From assembly GCA_018701105.1 (NCBI GenBank), contig JABIWD010000062.1, positions 1 to 63,265 of the forward strand: a stretch of 63,265 nt of DNA, written 5' to 3'. A program made the position numbers and the translations under genes. This stretch comes from Candidatus Uhrbacteria bacterium (GTDB taxonomy: Bacteria > Patescibacteriota > Patescibacteriia > UBA9934 > UBA11717). The notes beneath the pieces were generated by a model. It was not told the DNA's origin. It did not search any database and was given only the letters and a program-made list of their open reading frames with translations. Shown here in pieces: positions 18,174-28,350 of this stretch (its first letter is position 1; each line of letters opens with the position of its first letter).

Positions 18174-19922
18174 TTACCCTTGTTGTTCCAGCACCTTCTC
18201 CTGAATGTGCTTCACGAGGTCACCTTGAGCGACCACGACCCCCTCTTCACTTCCAAATACTCGTATCTGAAAGTCCTCACCTTCTTTCTCCTTATCTCCA
18301 AAGATGATCGTATATGGAGTCTTGCTCTTCGCGGCATTCCGTATCTTTGCACCAACAGTAGCATCTGATACGTCGGCCTCAGCTCGTATACCCTGCATAC
18401 TCAGCTCGTTCACGAGCTTTAGAGTTGCGTCCGTGTGCGACTCTCCTACGCTCGCTATACGGACCTGCACTGGCGACATCCACAATGGAAACGCCCCAGC
18501 GTGGTGCTCAATGATAATCGACAGGAATCGCTCAATCGACCCCATGATCGCAGCATGGATCATTACGACACGCTCTTTCTCCCCATTCTCATCTATACAG
18601 TTCAAGTCGAACCGCTCGGGCATGTTCATATCCATCTGGATAGTAGCAACTTGCCAGGTTCGCCCAATAGCATCCTTAGCGATGAAGTCGATCTTGGGCC
18701 CATAGAATGCCGCCTCTCCTGGTTTTTCCTCTGCCTCAACGCCCTTACTCTTAACGATCTCGCGTAAAGCGTTCTCCGCCGTCTCCCAAACCTCCGGACC
18801 ACCAAGATACTTCTCAGACTCATTCGGATCATGGAAAGAAAGCTCGACTTTCAAATCCTCGAACCCAACCGCCTTATAAAAGATCTCTATAATCTCCCAG
18901 ATCTTGAGCATCTCCTCGCTCACCTGACTGTGCCGAACGAATGCATGTGCATCGTCCTGGGTTATACAGCGCACGCGTGATAAACCATGCAGCTCACCTG
19001 TCTGCTCGTCGCGATACACCATTGTCGAGTTGGCGTATCGTTGGGGCATGTCCCGGTAACTGTGTGGATGTCGATCGAAGATCTGCGTGTGGTGAGGGCA
19101 GTTCATTGGCTTCATCGCAAACTCGTGCCCTTCTCGCGTCTTGAATCGGAACAGGTCATCCTTAAACTTCTCCCAATGTCCGCTCGTCTCGTACAGATCC
19201 TTCTTTGTTACGTGAGGAATCTCAACCTTCTCATACCCACGTTGCTTTCTCAGCTTCCAAACAAAGTCATCGAGCACATTACGCAATGCAGTCCCCTTTG
19301 GAGTCCACAGCGGTAGGCCTGGACCAACCTTTTCTGAAAATAGGAACAGGTCGAGGTCTTTGCCGAGCTTACGATGGTCTCGTCTCTTAGCCTCTTCAAG
19401 CATCTTCAAGTGTGCCTTGAGGTCTTCCTTGTTAGCAAATGCTACCCCGTAAATTCGAGTCAACATCTTGTTCTTCTCGTCACCTCTCCAATACGCACCC
19501 GCGATCTTCGTGAGCTTGAAGGATACAACGTCGATCTCCTTTGTAGTGTCGACGTGAGGGCCCTTACACAAGTTCTCGAACCAGTCAGACTTGTAAAAGC
19601 TCAGACTCGCCTCACCCGCCGCCTTAAGGTCGGTAATAAGCTCCGTCTTGTACGGATCGTCCTTGTACTGATCCAGAGCCTTGTCAAAGTCCATCTCATA
19701 CTTCTTAAACTCTATCCCCTGCTTAATGATCTCGCGCATTCGCTTCTGGATCTTAGGCAGAAGCTCGTCAGAGATTGATTCTGGAAGATCATAATCCTGA
19801 TAAAACCCATTGTCGATCACTGGACCAACTCCGAGACCCGCATCTGGATACAGCTCAAGCACAGCCATCGTCATGATATGCGATAGCGAATGTCGGTTTT
19901 TAAATAGTTGTTCTTCGGTCAT
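18174..19922 (-). CDS. thrS: threonine--tRNA ligase
   Basis: 582 aa. Class II motifs (FRDEQTGELHGLSRVR, GAFYGPKID) and an anticodon-binding C-terminal domain. It lacks the long N-terminal TGS/editing extension. Confidence 0.96.
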   Translation of the reverse strand: MTEEQLFKNRHSLSHIMTMAVLELYPDAGLGVGPVIDNGFYQDYDLPESISDELLPKIQKRMREIIKQGIEFKKYEMDFDKALDQYKDDPYKTELITDLKAAGEASLSFYKSDWFENLCKGPHVDTTKEIDVVSFKLTKIAGAYWRGDEKNKMLTRIYGVAFANKEDLKAHLKMLEEAKRRDHRKLGKDLDLFLFSEKVGPGLPLWTPKGTALRNVLDDFVWKLRKQRGYEKVEIPHVTKKDLYETSGHWEKFKDDLFRFKTREGHEFAMKPMNCPHHTQIFDRHPHSYRDMPQRYANSTMVYRDEQTGELHGLSRVRCITQDDAHAFVRHSQVSEEMLKIWEIIEIFYKAVGFEDLKVELSFHDPNESEKYLGGPEVWETAENALREIVKSKGVEAEEKPGEAAFYGPKIDFIAKDAIGRTWQVATIQMDMNMPERFDLNCIDENGEKERVVMIHAAIMGSIERFLSIIIEHHAGAFPLWMSPVQVRIASVGESHTDATLKLVNELSMQGIRAEADVSDATVGAKIRNAAKSKTPYTIIFGDKEKEGEDFQIRVFGSEEGVVVAQGDLVKHIQEKVLEQQG

Positions 19923-20200
19923 AGTCGCGCCTTAATAACAAAAAACTACACATAAAGTGTAGTTTCGGGACCAACAAGTACGTCGGCGGTTCCACCCGAA
20001 TTGCCACAGTCGCTCACGAGCGACGTGGCATGCCAGGTCGCTCGTGAGAGACTTGGCGTGCCACGGAGCTGTGAGGTATGGGCCTCTTTCTTTTTGTTGA
20101 CTCAAACGGTAGTACTAATTCGTCGTGCGTTTGAAAGCTTTCAATCAGAGTAAACTCTGGCTTTCATTCCCTAAAACGCCGTCTCAAAAAAGTGTGTCCG
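19923..20200 (-). promoter_or_regulatory. T-box-like leader of thrS (5' boundary uncertain)
   Basis: The minus strand reads AATTCGGGTGGAACCGCCGACG (plus-strand 19985-20002 is the core). It folds as GGG-[UGGAACC bulge]-GCCGAC-GUACUU-GUUGGU-CCC, a canonical antiterminator. A 12-bp stem (20013-20024 / 20038-20049) precedes it. A terminator hairpin AAACUACAC-UUUAU-GUGUAGUUU plus U-run (19937-19965) follows, about 15 nt before the ATG. Confidence 0.55.
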
Positions 20201-20234
20201 TTCTCAATCGTCGTAATATGAGAGTAACACAGGG

Positions 20235-21404
20235 TTACTGAGTCTGCAAGATGTTTATCGTTATATGATCCAATAGCTTTGGAACGCGCTTGACCCAGAA
20301 GGGCTTCAACCAGATGTCTACATTCTTGATAGTGTCATTCGCCTCAAGAAACTCTTCCGCTTCCGGAGCTGTAAGTCCCACTAAGTTCGCCTTATCCAGA
20401 ATCTCGGACGTTGTCTTCAACATCGCGATACCACCTACGGTTACATCAAAATGAGCTACAGCATTCTCAATATCATGCCTGTTATACGTTACGATCATTT
20501 CATCGAATGACACCGAGTTTAAGACTTGTCCGCTTGGTACGTGTTCGCGCAACTTAAGCTCCGCGATCTGCCTCATCCGTGCATCGTCGTAGTATATACC
20601 TGTAATGCGAGCTATCGTGGTGATCTCGAATGTCCCGGTCTCAGTACCAGGCTCAGTATCTGAGCGCTTCTCTACAGTCTCCTTGAGTATCGTCGCACCA
20701 GCCAGTTGCCCTGAAATTTCAGAACGCCATAGCTCATCCATCTCAGCCTCGATCTCAATGAGGAGTTCGTCTTGAGCTACATCCAAGTCCTCTACTGTGA
20801 GAGACTTCTTCGTGATAGACCCTCCAACCATAACCTCGGTCGATGTTCCATAGATTACCTTCTGCTTTGTTTCATTCAATCCAGGGATCGTAAAAGTGGT
20901 TGGCTCAATCTCCCCTTGCTCACCCTCCTCATCAGCTGCGACCACGACCTGAATATCACCATTCGCAGGTACCGTCACTCCATCCACGAGCCTGAACAGT
21001 ACGCCCGACTCACTCAGGAAACGAGTAGTTGCTATCAATGGCTGCGACACATTGGACTCATTGGTAACAGTAACCGTTCCCCTTGCCTTCGCAGGTATCT
21101 TTTCTCCGTCTCCGTTTACTTCGAATGTCTTTGAACGCTCAACAAGCTCCGAGAAGATGCGAGCTGGAATATCCTCGCTCCCTTGTGGTTCCTCCATCAC
21201 GCGCGCGATAAACTCACGCTCAACTCCCTCTTCCTGTGTCTCAACAGAAATAACCGCCTGCACCGTTGCAAGGTAAAGAACAACCGCCAACATGACCATC
21301 GTCAACGTCAAAAATGCCGCCGCTATCCTTCTGTATAGTCGAACGGAAGGAAGTATTGGTACTTTCTTCTTTTTCTTTGCTGGTTTTCGCTTTTTTACTG
21401 CCAT
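20235..21404 (-). CDS. membrane-anchored hypothetical protein
   Basis: 389 aa. Lys-rich N-terminus (MAVKKRKPAKKKKKV), one TM helix, then an extracytoplasmic domain. Lies 11 nt downstream of dnaE. Confidence 0.7.
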   Translation of the reverse strand: MAVKKRKPAKKKKKVPILPSVRLYRRIAAAFLTLTMVMLAVVLYLATVQAVISVETQEEGVEREFIARVMEEPQGSEDIPARIFSELVERSKTFEVNGDGEKIPAKARGTVTVTNESNVSQPLIATTRFLSESGVLFRLVDGVTVPANGDIQVVVAADEEGEQGEIEPTTFTIPGLNETKQKVIYGTSTEVMVGGSITKKSLTVEDLDVAQDELLIEIEAEMDELWRSEISGQLAGATILKETVEKRSDTEPGTETGTFEITTIARITGIYYDDARMRQIAELKLREHVPSGQVLNSVSFDEMIVTYNRHDIENAVAHFDVTVGGIAMLKTTSEILDKANLVGLTAPEAEEFLEANDTIKNVDIWLKPFWVKRVPKLLDHITINILQTQ

Positions 21405-21415
21405 ATTTCCTTATT

Positions 21416-24400
21416 CTACACAATCTCCGTATTTTCCACCACTTGCACGTGCGGACCCCCGATAATGTCCCGAATGGAGTCTACTACCGCATTTGTAGGT
21501 GAAATCGAAAACTGCGTCTTAATATATTTCTTTCTTCCCCCCGAATCCACTACAAACTGTACCAAATGATCACCAGGCTTAGTTCTGAAGATGTCTCGTA
21601 GACCAGAAATCTGCTCCTGAGACGGCGCGCCACGAAGATCGATCACGATCCGCTTTCCAGGAACCGCGTTATCACCCTTCGCTTTCATCGCATCTTTGTG
21701 AACCTCCTCCGCAACCCACATACCATCTTTCAGCATCGTCGCTATCTGTTCCACTGAGTCCTCGTCAAAGCATGCGATGCTATCAACCAAGATTGACTTT
21801 GGCTGCCCTTCTCTTACGGACACCTTACCAGTCAAACACATCAAACGTCCATCAACGAGCTCAGCCTTGTACTGCGCGTAAGTTCTTGGAAAGAAAACGA
21901 GCTCAACACTGGTATCGGCATCTTCAATGCGTACGAATGCCATTGGATCCCCTTTCTTTGTTACGATAGCGCGGATAGATGTGATAACGCCCGCAACACG
22001 AGCTGGAGTTTTATCTTCCTTGGTCTGCACATCTTTCAATGCCATCACGTGATCCTTGAGTACGTCGATAAACACAGTGTACGGATGTTCACTCACGTAG
22101 ATACCAAGCAACTCACGCTCCCAGGACAATCTATCGGATCGCTTTGACTCTGGTGCAGCCACAATCTTCAAATCATTCACGCCCATAGTTGGCGCCAATG
22201 CGAAGAGACTTCCCTGGTTACTCAGCGCATCTGATGTAATCTGCTTATTGAACCGCAGTATCTGGTCTACATTAGCCATCATCGTTCCGCGCTCTTCCAT
22301 GGAATCAAAAGTACCTGCCATCACCATGGACTCAAGAGATTTACGGTTGAAGTGCTTCGTGTTGATGCGCTTCACAAAGTCGCTCACATCCGCAAAAGGA
22401 CCACCTTCTTTACGCTCACGCACGATCTCGAGAGCAATCTCTGTTCCAACATTCTTAATAGCGACAAGCCCCCAACGAATCTGCTTCTTCCCAGGCACAA
22501 CACCGAATCCTTTGAACGACTCATTGATATCAGGTGGCAGAACCTCAATCCCCATCCGCGTACATTCCTGCACCTCAATCGTCATACGGTCGATATTCCC
22601 GGCGTCAGAGTTCATCACGGCAGCCATGTACTCTGGAGGGTAATGCGACTTTAAGTACGCTGTCCTATACGCAATCATTCCATAACACGCCGAATGCGAC
22701 TTGTTAAAGGCATAGTCAGCGAACCCTTCCCAGTCCACCCAGATTTTCTTTGCAACCTTCTCCGAGATTCCGTTCCCTTTGCAACCAGAAATAAACTGGC
22801 TTTTCATTTTAGCCAAAACATCACGCTTCTTTTTTCCCATCGCTTTTCTCAACGTGTCCGCCTCACCACCAGTAAACCCAGCAAGCTCACGGGAAATTCT
22901 CATGATCTGCTCCTGATAGATCGTTACTCCGTATGTATCTTTCAAAATCTCCTCCATTTTCGGATCGTCATACTTAACCTTCTCCCGACCATTCTTTCGA
23001 TTGATGTACTGAGGCACCATTCCAGCGGACAACGGTCCTGGTCGATACAGCGCACACATTGCAACGATATCGTTAAACTCAGTCGGCTTAAGGTCGACGA
23101 GGTAACGCTGCATTCCCTCCGACTCCAGCTGGAACACTCCAACCGTCTCTCCGCGTCCGAGGAGCTCGAATGTAAGCTTGTCGTCGAGTTCGAGCGAGTC
23201 AACGTCGATCTTGTCCCCGTGCACCGCGTCGATAATCTCGAGAGCTGATTCAATTATTGCAAGGTTAGACAGTCCCAAGAAGTCCATCTTCACAAGTCCC
23301 GCAGCTTCCACTGGTCCCAGCGAATACTGGCTCACATAATCCAAGTCATCATGCTGCGACTCTTGGATCGGCACATAGTGAGTCAAAGGTTTGTCAGAGA
23401 TCACGATTCCACAAGCGTGCTGTGACGTATGCCGTGGCGTTCCCTCGAGCTTCGACGCCAGATCGACGACACGCTTTGTCATCTGATTCGATTGGTAGTC
23501 ATTACGCAATTCAACGTGCTCAACCTTTGCAATCTCAAGCGGAGTGTGGCGGCCCTGAACTGGAAGTGGCACGAGCTTGGAGATGCGATCGGATTCTGTA
23601 AAATCTAAACCAAGGACCCGAGCTGCATCTCGCACAGCAGCACGAGGCATCATGGTTCCGAAGGTGATAATTCCCGCTACATGGTCCGCTCCATACTTGT
23701 TGCGAACGTAGTCGAGTACCTCTGCACGTCGAGAGTCGGCAAAGTCCATGTCGATATCAGGCATCGAGATACGATCTGGGTTCAAGAATCGCTCAAAGAG
23801 AAGATCGTACTCCAACGGATCAATATCTGTAATCTGCAATGCATAAGACAAGATTGATCCCGCAGCTGATCCACGTCCGGGACCAACCAAAATCTTCTTC
23901 TCTCTCGCAAAGTTCAAAAAGTCCTGAACGATCAAAAAGTAAGAGGCGAACCCCATCTTGGAAATCGTCTCAAATTCAAACTCAAATCGATCTCGTATCT
24001 CCTTCGTCTCAACAGGATATCGTTTCTTGAGTCCGATCTCACACAGCTCACGCAAATAGTCAGCATCCTTTTTCTCTGGAGGCATCTCGAACACTGGCAA
24101 GTAGTTATTGCCAAGATCAATCTCCACATTACACATATCGGCGATCTTTCGCGTATTTTCCAACGCCTCGCCCACAGCCTCAAACTCCTTTGCAATAACA
24201 TCGGGGTGCGACATTGAAAGATCAATGTCGATTCCTGACATGCGTCGATAATCCTCAAGAGTCTTTCCTCCTTGGATACAACGGAGCGATTCCCACGCTT
24301 CATGATCGTCGGGATCTAGATAGACAGAGTTCGAAGTGGCGACGAGCGGGATTCCAGTTTCTTTAGACAATGCAATCAACTCAGTATTCACCTGAACCTG

Positions 24401-24952
24401 CTCTGCAGAGTCCGGACGGCAAACGATCTCCAGGTAAAAGTTCCCTGGTCCGAATAGTTTCTGATACATCTCAGCGAGCGCCTGCGCCTTCTTCCTGTCT
24501 CCCAACAGTAGAAGTCCCGGAATCTCCCCTCCAATACCCCCAGACATACCAATCAGCCCCTCGCTCAACTCTCCCAAGATCTCGTTGTCGATCCTGGCTG
24601 TATAGTAAAAACCTTCCAGATAACCTGTGCTCGAGAGTTTTAGAAGATTCTTGTAACCAGCGTTGTTCTTCGCGAGAACAACCAACCTCCAAGACTTCTT
24701 GTCCACCATTCCACGCTTCAAACTCCTGTGCTCAGGGGCGATATGGAAATCCACTCCGATGATAGGCTTTATGTCATTTTTTCGGCATTCTTCATAAAAA
24801 GGCACGATGCCATACATTGCATCGTTATCCGTTATCGCCATAGCAGTTGATCCATACTCCTTAGCCCTAGCAACAAGTGCTTTTGGGCTAGGAAGAGCAT
24901 TCAGGAGGCTGTAATGCGAGTGAACGTGTAGTTGAACGAAATCCTTGCTCAT
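21416..24952 (-). CDS. dnaE: DNA polymerase III alpha subunit
   Basis: 1178 aa. PHP domain (FVQLHVHSHYSLL), PDIDMDF, GLVKMDFLGL and FNKSHSACY motifs. No intein-like insertion noticed. Confidence 0.97.
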   Translation of the reverse strand: MSKDFVQLHVHSHYSLLNALPSPKALVARAKEYGSTAMAITDNDAMYGIVPFYEECRKNDIKPIIGVDFHIAPEHRSLKRGMVDKKSWRLVVLAKNNAGYKNLLKLSSTGYLEGFYYTARIDNEILGELSEGLIGMSGGIGGEIPGLLLLGDRKKAQALAEMYQKLFGPGNFYLEIVCRPDSAEQVQVNTELIALSKETGIPLVATSNSVYLDPDDHEAWESLRCIQGGKTLEDYRRMSGIDIDLSMSHPDVIAKEFEAVGEALENTRKIADMCNVEIDLGNNYLPVFEMPPEKKDADYLRELCEIGLKKRYPVETKEIRDRFEFEFETISKMGFASYFLIVQDFLNFAREKKILVGPGRGSAAGSILSYALQITDIDPLEYDLLFERFLNPDRISMPDIDMDFADSRRAEVLDYVRNKYGADHVAGIITFGTMMPRAAVRDAARVLGLDFTESDRISKLVPLPVQGRHTPLEIAKVEHVELRNDYQSNQMTKRVVDLASKLEGTPRHTSQHACGIVISDKPLTHYVPIQESQHDDLDYVSQYSLGPVEAAGLVKMDFLGLSNLAIIESALEIIDAVHGDKIDVDSLELDDKLTFELLGRGETVGVFQLESEGMQRYLVDLKPTEFNDIVAMCALYRPGPLSAGMVPQYINRKNGREKVKYDDPKMEEILKDTYGVTIYQEQIMRISRELAGFTGGEADTLRKAMGKKKRDVLAKMKSQFISGCKGNGISEKVAKKIWVDWEGFADYAFNKSHSACYGMIAYRTAYLKSHYPPEYMAAVMNSDAGNIDRMTIEVQECTRMGIEVLPPDINESFKGFGVVPGKKQIRWGLVAIKNVGTEIALEIVRERKEGGPFADVSDFVKRINTKHFNRKSLESMVMAGTFDSMEERGTMMANVDQILRFNKQITSDALSNQGSLFALAPTMGVNDLKIVAAPESKRSDRLSWERELLGIYVSEHPYTVFIDVLKDHVMALKDVQTKEDKTPARVAGVITSIRAIVTKKGDPMAFVRIEDADTSVELVFFPRTYAQYKAELVDGRLMCLTGKVSVREGQPKSILVDSIACFDEDSVEQIATMLKDGMWVAEEVHKDAMKAKGDNAVPGKRIVIDLRGAPSQEQISGLRDIFRTKPGDHLVQFVVDSGGRKKYIKTQFSISPTNAVVDSIRDIIGGPHVQVVENTEIV

Positions 24953-25055
24953 GGCAAGATTTTACCAGAGATTCCAAGTATAAGAAATATTGACGGCTCA
25001 AACCTTTTGTGGGACAAATAAAGGGCTGAAACTAAAAAGTAAGCAGAGGGACAGT

Positions 25056-25583
25056 ATGAGAACTCAACAAAAGCTGATCGTGATATCAGGAGCCCCGGCA
25101 ACAGGCAAGACAACTCTGTCCGCAGAACTGTCTGCACTATTGAACATTGCCTGTCTGAATAAGGACGCAATAAAAGAGCGTCTTTACGAGCTCATGGAGC
25201 TCTCTACGCTCGAAGACAGTAGGCGCGTTGGTCTTATGGCATTCAAGCTCTTCCTGCACCTGATCGAGATCCAGCTGCAGCGCGGCGTAGACCTGATCAT
25301 CGAGTCGCCCTTCGCGGTTCCCGGTGACAACGAGATGCTGGCTGCATGGCAGGAGCAGTACGGACTGAGACTGATCTGCATCGAGTGCACTGTGGATCCG
25401 AAAATCCGCGCTACGCGCTTTGAAACAAGACCGCGCCATGCAAGTCACCACGATACGGATCGTATGCTCGTAGACCAGCCTATGGATACAAGCACGCTTC
25501 TGTCACTTCCCGGCGAGGTCATCCGGGTCGACACGAATCGTCCAAATAACGAGGTTGTAAGCGAAGTACTCGCCGCAATCTAA
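25056..25583 (+). CDS. P-loop kinase-like protein (AAA_33-type)
   Basis: Walker A ISGAPATGKTT. Start taken at ATG 25056 (AGAGGGA upstream) rather than 24990. Moderately GC-rich. Confidence 0.7.
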   Translation: MRTQQKLIVISGAPATGKTTLSAELSALLNIACLNKDAIKERLYELMELSTLEDSRRVGLMAFKLFLHLIEIQLQRGVDLIIESPFAVPGDNEMLAAWQEQYGLRLICIECTVDPKIRATRFETRPRHASHHDTDRMLVDQPMDTSTLLSLPGEVIRVDTNRPNNEVVSEVLAAI

Positions 25584-25584
25584 A

Positions 25585-25613
25585 ACTCGAGCCTGAGCTC
25601 GAGTCTTTTTTTT
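25585..25613. terminator. bidirectional intrinsic terminator
   Basis: ACTCGAGC pairs with GCTCGAGT, followed by CTTTTTTTT. Confidence 0.7.
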
Positions 25614-25614
25614 A

Positions 25615-25920
25615 CTATTCTTTTTCTTCCCTATCTTCTTTGTCGTCCCACTTCTTCTTCACCGACCGGAACGCGGTACCTGCAGCGGCTCCTGCCATGT
25701 TTGCAATCGTGTTCACCATCTTGCCGTGATGGTCTATCTTATCTTTCACGCCGTTGATTGCAGACTCGATCTTTACAAGAACATGCCGCGCTTCGTCGAG
25801 CGCAAGGTGCACTCTGCGCATCACCATTGCAACATGGTAAATCGCCCAACATAGAAACGCTGTAAACCACAACGCGCAAAATGCAAGCACGATCCAAAGT
25901 ATGTCTAGTGAGTTGATCAT
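25615..25920 (-). CDS. small membrane protein, hypothetical
   Basis: 101 aa with an N-terminal TM (ILWIVLAFCALWFTAFLCWAIY). Lies downstream of pheT. Confidence 0.55.
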   Translation of the reverse strand: MINSLDILWIVLAFCALWFTAFLCWAIYHVAMVMRRVHLALDEARHVLVKIESAINGVKDKIDHHGKMVNTIANMAGAAAGTAFRSVKKKWDDKEDREEKE

Positions 25921-25943
25921 AGTTCCTCCATTATATCAGAAAA

Positions 25944-28349
25944 CTAGTCTCTGATGACAACGCCATGTGTTGATATCAATTCGTCGGTAATCTTTTTTAT
26001 ATCTACGTCCACTTCCTCTGACGTCAACGTGTGGTCATCGGCAAGTGTGAGATGAACTGCGAGCGACTTCTTTCCTTTCTCAATCTGCGATCCTCTGTAA
26101 AGATCAAACAGTTCAATGCTCTTCAACAGCTTTGAGCTATCCATCATCGTTTCGGTGAGCTCTCTGTACGCAACTTTCTCGTCTACGAGCAAAGCGAGGT
26201 CTCGAAGCGCCGCTGGGAACTCTGTTGGCTCGTCGTAACTTGGGTCGAGCTTCATGTGCTTTTGCAGCATCGGAAGGTCAATTTCCATCATTGCAACTTT
26301 GTACTCAACTCCGAACGCTTGAACAACTATTGGGTGCACTTCTCCGAGCGTTCCAACAGCCTCCCCGTCCACCAACACACGTGCTGATCGACCCGGATGC
26401 CACTGACTACTCAAGCCTTCACGCGACAACTCAAACTCGGCGTGATACTTGCTCATGATGATCTCGAGCGACCCCTTCATGTGACGGAACAAATCCTCGC
26501 CACCAACCTCGTCCACGATCGCAACCAACAACATCGAGCGCTCCTCAGGCAAGTCTCCTTCCCGTTTCAAGTACACGCGTTGCAACTCGAAGAGCCTTTC
26601 AACACCTTCGCGCTGCTCGTTCTCTGCGATGGTACGCATCATGTTAGGAATCAACGAGGGTCGCATCAAAGCCTGGTCTTGCGCGAGCGGATTCATGACA
26701 ATGAGGCCCAGCGCAGGATCAATCCCAGCTCGAACGGCATCCTCTGGATCTATAAACGAGTTCGCATACACCTCGGTCCATCCAGATCCTGCAAGTAAGT
26801 CTTTGATCTCATTTTCACGATCCAACAATGTGTCGCGTTCTCTTCTAGGAATAACTCCAGAAGGAATCGTACTTGGAAGATTCTCGTAGCCGTAAAGACG
26901 AGCGATCTCTTCCGTAAGATCAACGTCGGACTCAATGTCCATATCACGCCAAAACGGTACCTTCACCTCATATACTCCATCTTGATCTGTGTCAGAAACC
27001 TCGAACCCTAGCCTAGAAAGCATTCCGATCTGAGTATTTGTATCAATTTCTATTCCAATCAATTTATTCACCTTTTTAGGATCTAGTGAGAACGCGCGAT
27101 GAACATAATCGCCCTTTCTATCATCCTGAACCTTACCTACAACCTGACCGTGCGCAAGCACTCTCAAAAGCTCAATGGCCCGCGCCATTCCGTGTGGTGC
27201 TAACTCCGTAGACAAGCCTTTCTCGTACAGCGCCTGTGAGTCCGACTGCAAGTTAAGTGCACGCCAAGTCTCGCGGATCGAAAGAGGGTCGAAAGTCGCC
27301 GATTCCAAGATGATCGTCTTTGTTAATCCAGACACTCCTGAATCGAGCCCTCCCATGACACCACCAACCGCAACTGGCTTTGACTCGTCCGCGATAACAA
27401 GCATGCCCTCTGAGAGCTCGTATTCTTCTTCGTTGAGCGCAAGAAACTTCTCACCCTGCTTTGCAGAACGCACCACGATCTTTCCGCCATCAATTTTGTT
27501 GTAATCAAACGCGTGCATTGGTTGACCAAGCTCAAGACGTACGTAGTTCGTAATATCAACCACGTTGTTGATCGGTTTTGCACCCGCCAATATCAACCTC
27601 TTTTGTAGCCACCATGGCGATGGACCAACCTTCACATCCATCACAACCCCCATGTATCTTGGACACAAATCGTGTTCATCTACCTGAAGGTTGAATACAT
27701 ATTTATCGTCACCTTCATGCACGGGAATCTTTGGCACTTTCTTGAGCGGATCATCCATGTCTCCCAAAGCCGCCGCACACGCCTCTCGTGCCTGACCAAC
27801 AACCGCCATTCCATCTGGTCGGTTTGTAGTCATTTCAATATCAAAAACTGTATCATCAAGATCCAGAACTTCGGCCAGGTCTCGCCCAACATCCGAGTCT
27901 TTTGCTACTCCACTCAGATCCCAAATGTTTGTGCCACCTCCCAATCCAGGAAATCCTAGCTCTTCCGCCGCGCAAATCATACCAAAGCTCTCTTGCCCAC
28001 GAATCTTGGTTTCCTCCAAAGTAAGCTCGTTGTCCCCATGCCACGAGACGAGGGCTCCAGGCAATGCAACTGCAACCAACTGCCCACCTTCAAGATTAGT
28101 ACCTCCACACACGATCTGCACTGTCTTTCCGCCGTTTATCTCAGTCGTAACAAGTTGTAGCTTGTCAGCATCCGGATGCGGGTTGATCTCTTTCACGCGT
28201 CCAACAAGAACTCTTGCAAGGTACTTGTCTGGTCGAATCGTTCGTTCGATCTCATTACCAACCAAAGATAAACGCTTTATAAACGTCTTCAAATCCACGT
28301 CGGTCTTACAATATTCTTTTAACCAGTTGAATGGGATCAATGTATTCAT
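25944..28349 (-). CDS. pheT: phenylalanine--tRNA ligase beta subunit
   Basis: 801 aa. N-terminal tRNA-binding domain, B3/4, B5 and a C-terminal FDX-ACB-like domain. Immediately follows pheS. Confidence 0.96.
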   Translation of the reverse strand: MNTLIPFNWLKEYCKTDVDLKTFIKRLSLVGNEIERTIRPDKYLARVLVGRVKEINPHPDADKLQLVTTEINGGKTVQIVCGGTNLEGGQLVAVALPGALVSWHGDNELTLEETKIRGQESFGMICAAEELGFPGLGGGTNIWDLSGVAKDSDVGRDLAEVLDLDDTVFDIEMTTNRPDGMAVVGQAREACAAALGDMDDPLKKVPKIPVHEGDDKYVFNLQVDEHDLCPRYMGVVMDVKVGPSPWWLQKRLILAGAKPINNVVDITNYVRLELGQPMHAFDYNKIDGGKIVVRSAKQGEKFLALNEEEYELSEGMLVIADESKPVAVGGVMGGLDSGVSGLTKTIILESATFDPLSIRETWRALNLQSDSQALYEKGLSTELAPHGMARAIELLRVLAHGQVVGKVQDDRKGDYVHRAFSLDPKKVNKLIGIEIDTNTQIGMLSRLGFEVSDTDQDGVYEVKVPFWRDMDIESDVDLTEEIARLYGYENLPSTIPSGVIPRRERDTLLDRENEIKDLLAGSGWTEVYANSFIDPEDAVRAGIDPALGLIVMNPLAQDQALMRPSLIPNMMRTIAENEQREGVERLFELQRVYLKREGDLPEERSMLLVAIVDEVGGEDLFRHMKGSLEIIMSKYHAEFELSREGLSSQWHPGRSARVLVDGEAVGTLGEVHPIVVQAFGVEYKVAMMEIDLPMLQKHMKLDPSYDEPTEFPAALRDLALLVDEKVAYRELTETMMDSSKLLKSIELFDLYRGSQIEKGKKSLAVHLTLADDHTLTSEEVDVDIKKITDELISTHGVVIRD

Positions 28350-28350
28350 A

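Noticed and set aside
21416-24952. Intein or large insertion in dnaE
   Set aside because: The length (1178 aa) and the contiguous conserved motifs look normal. No Cys/Ser...HN splice-junction block was seen.
24990-25055. Upstream ATG 24990 for the P-loop kinase-like gene
   Set aside because: It adds 22 non-conserved residues and lies 37 nt from the divergent dnaE start. ATG 25056 has an AGAGGGA SD and places the Walker A motif at the usual N-terminal position.
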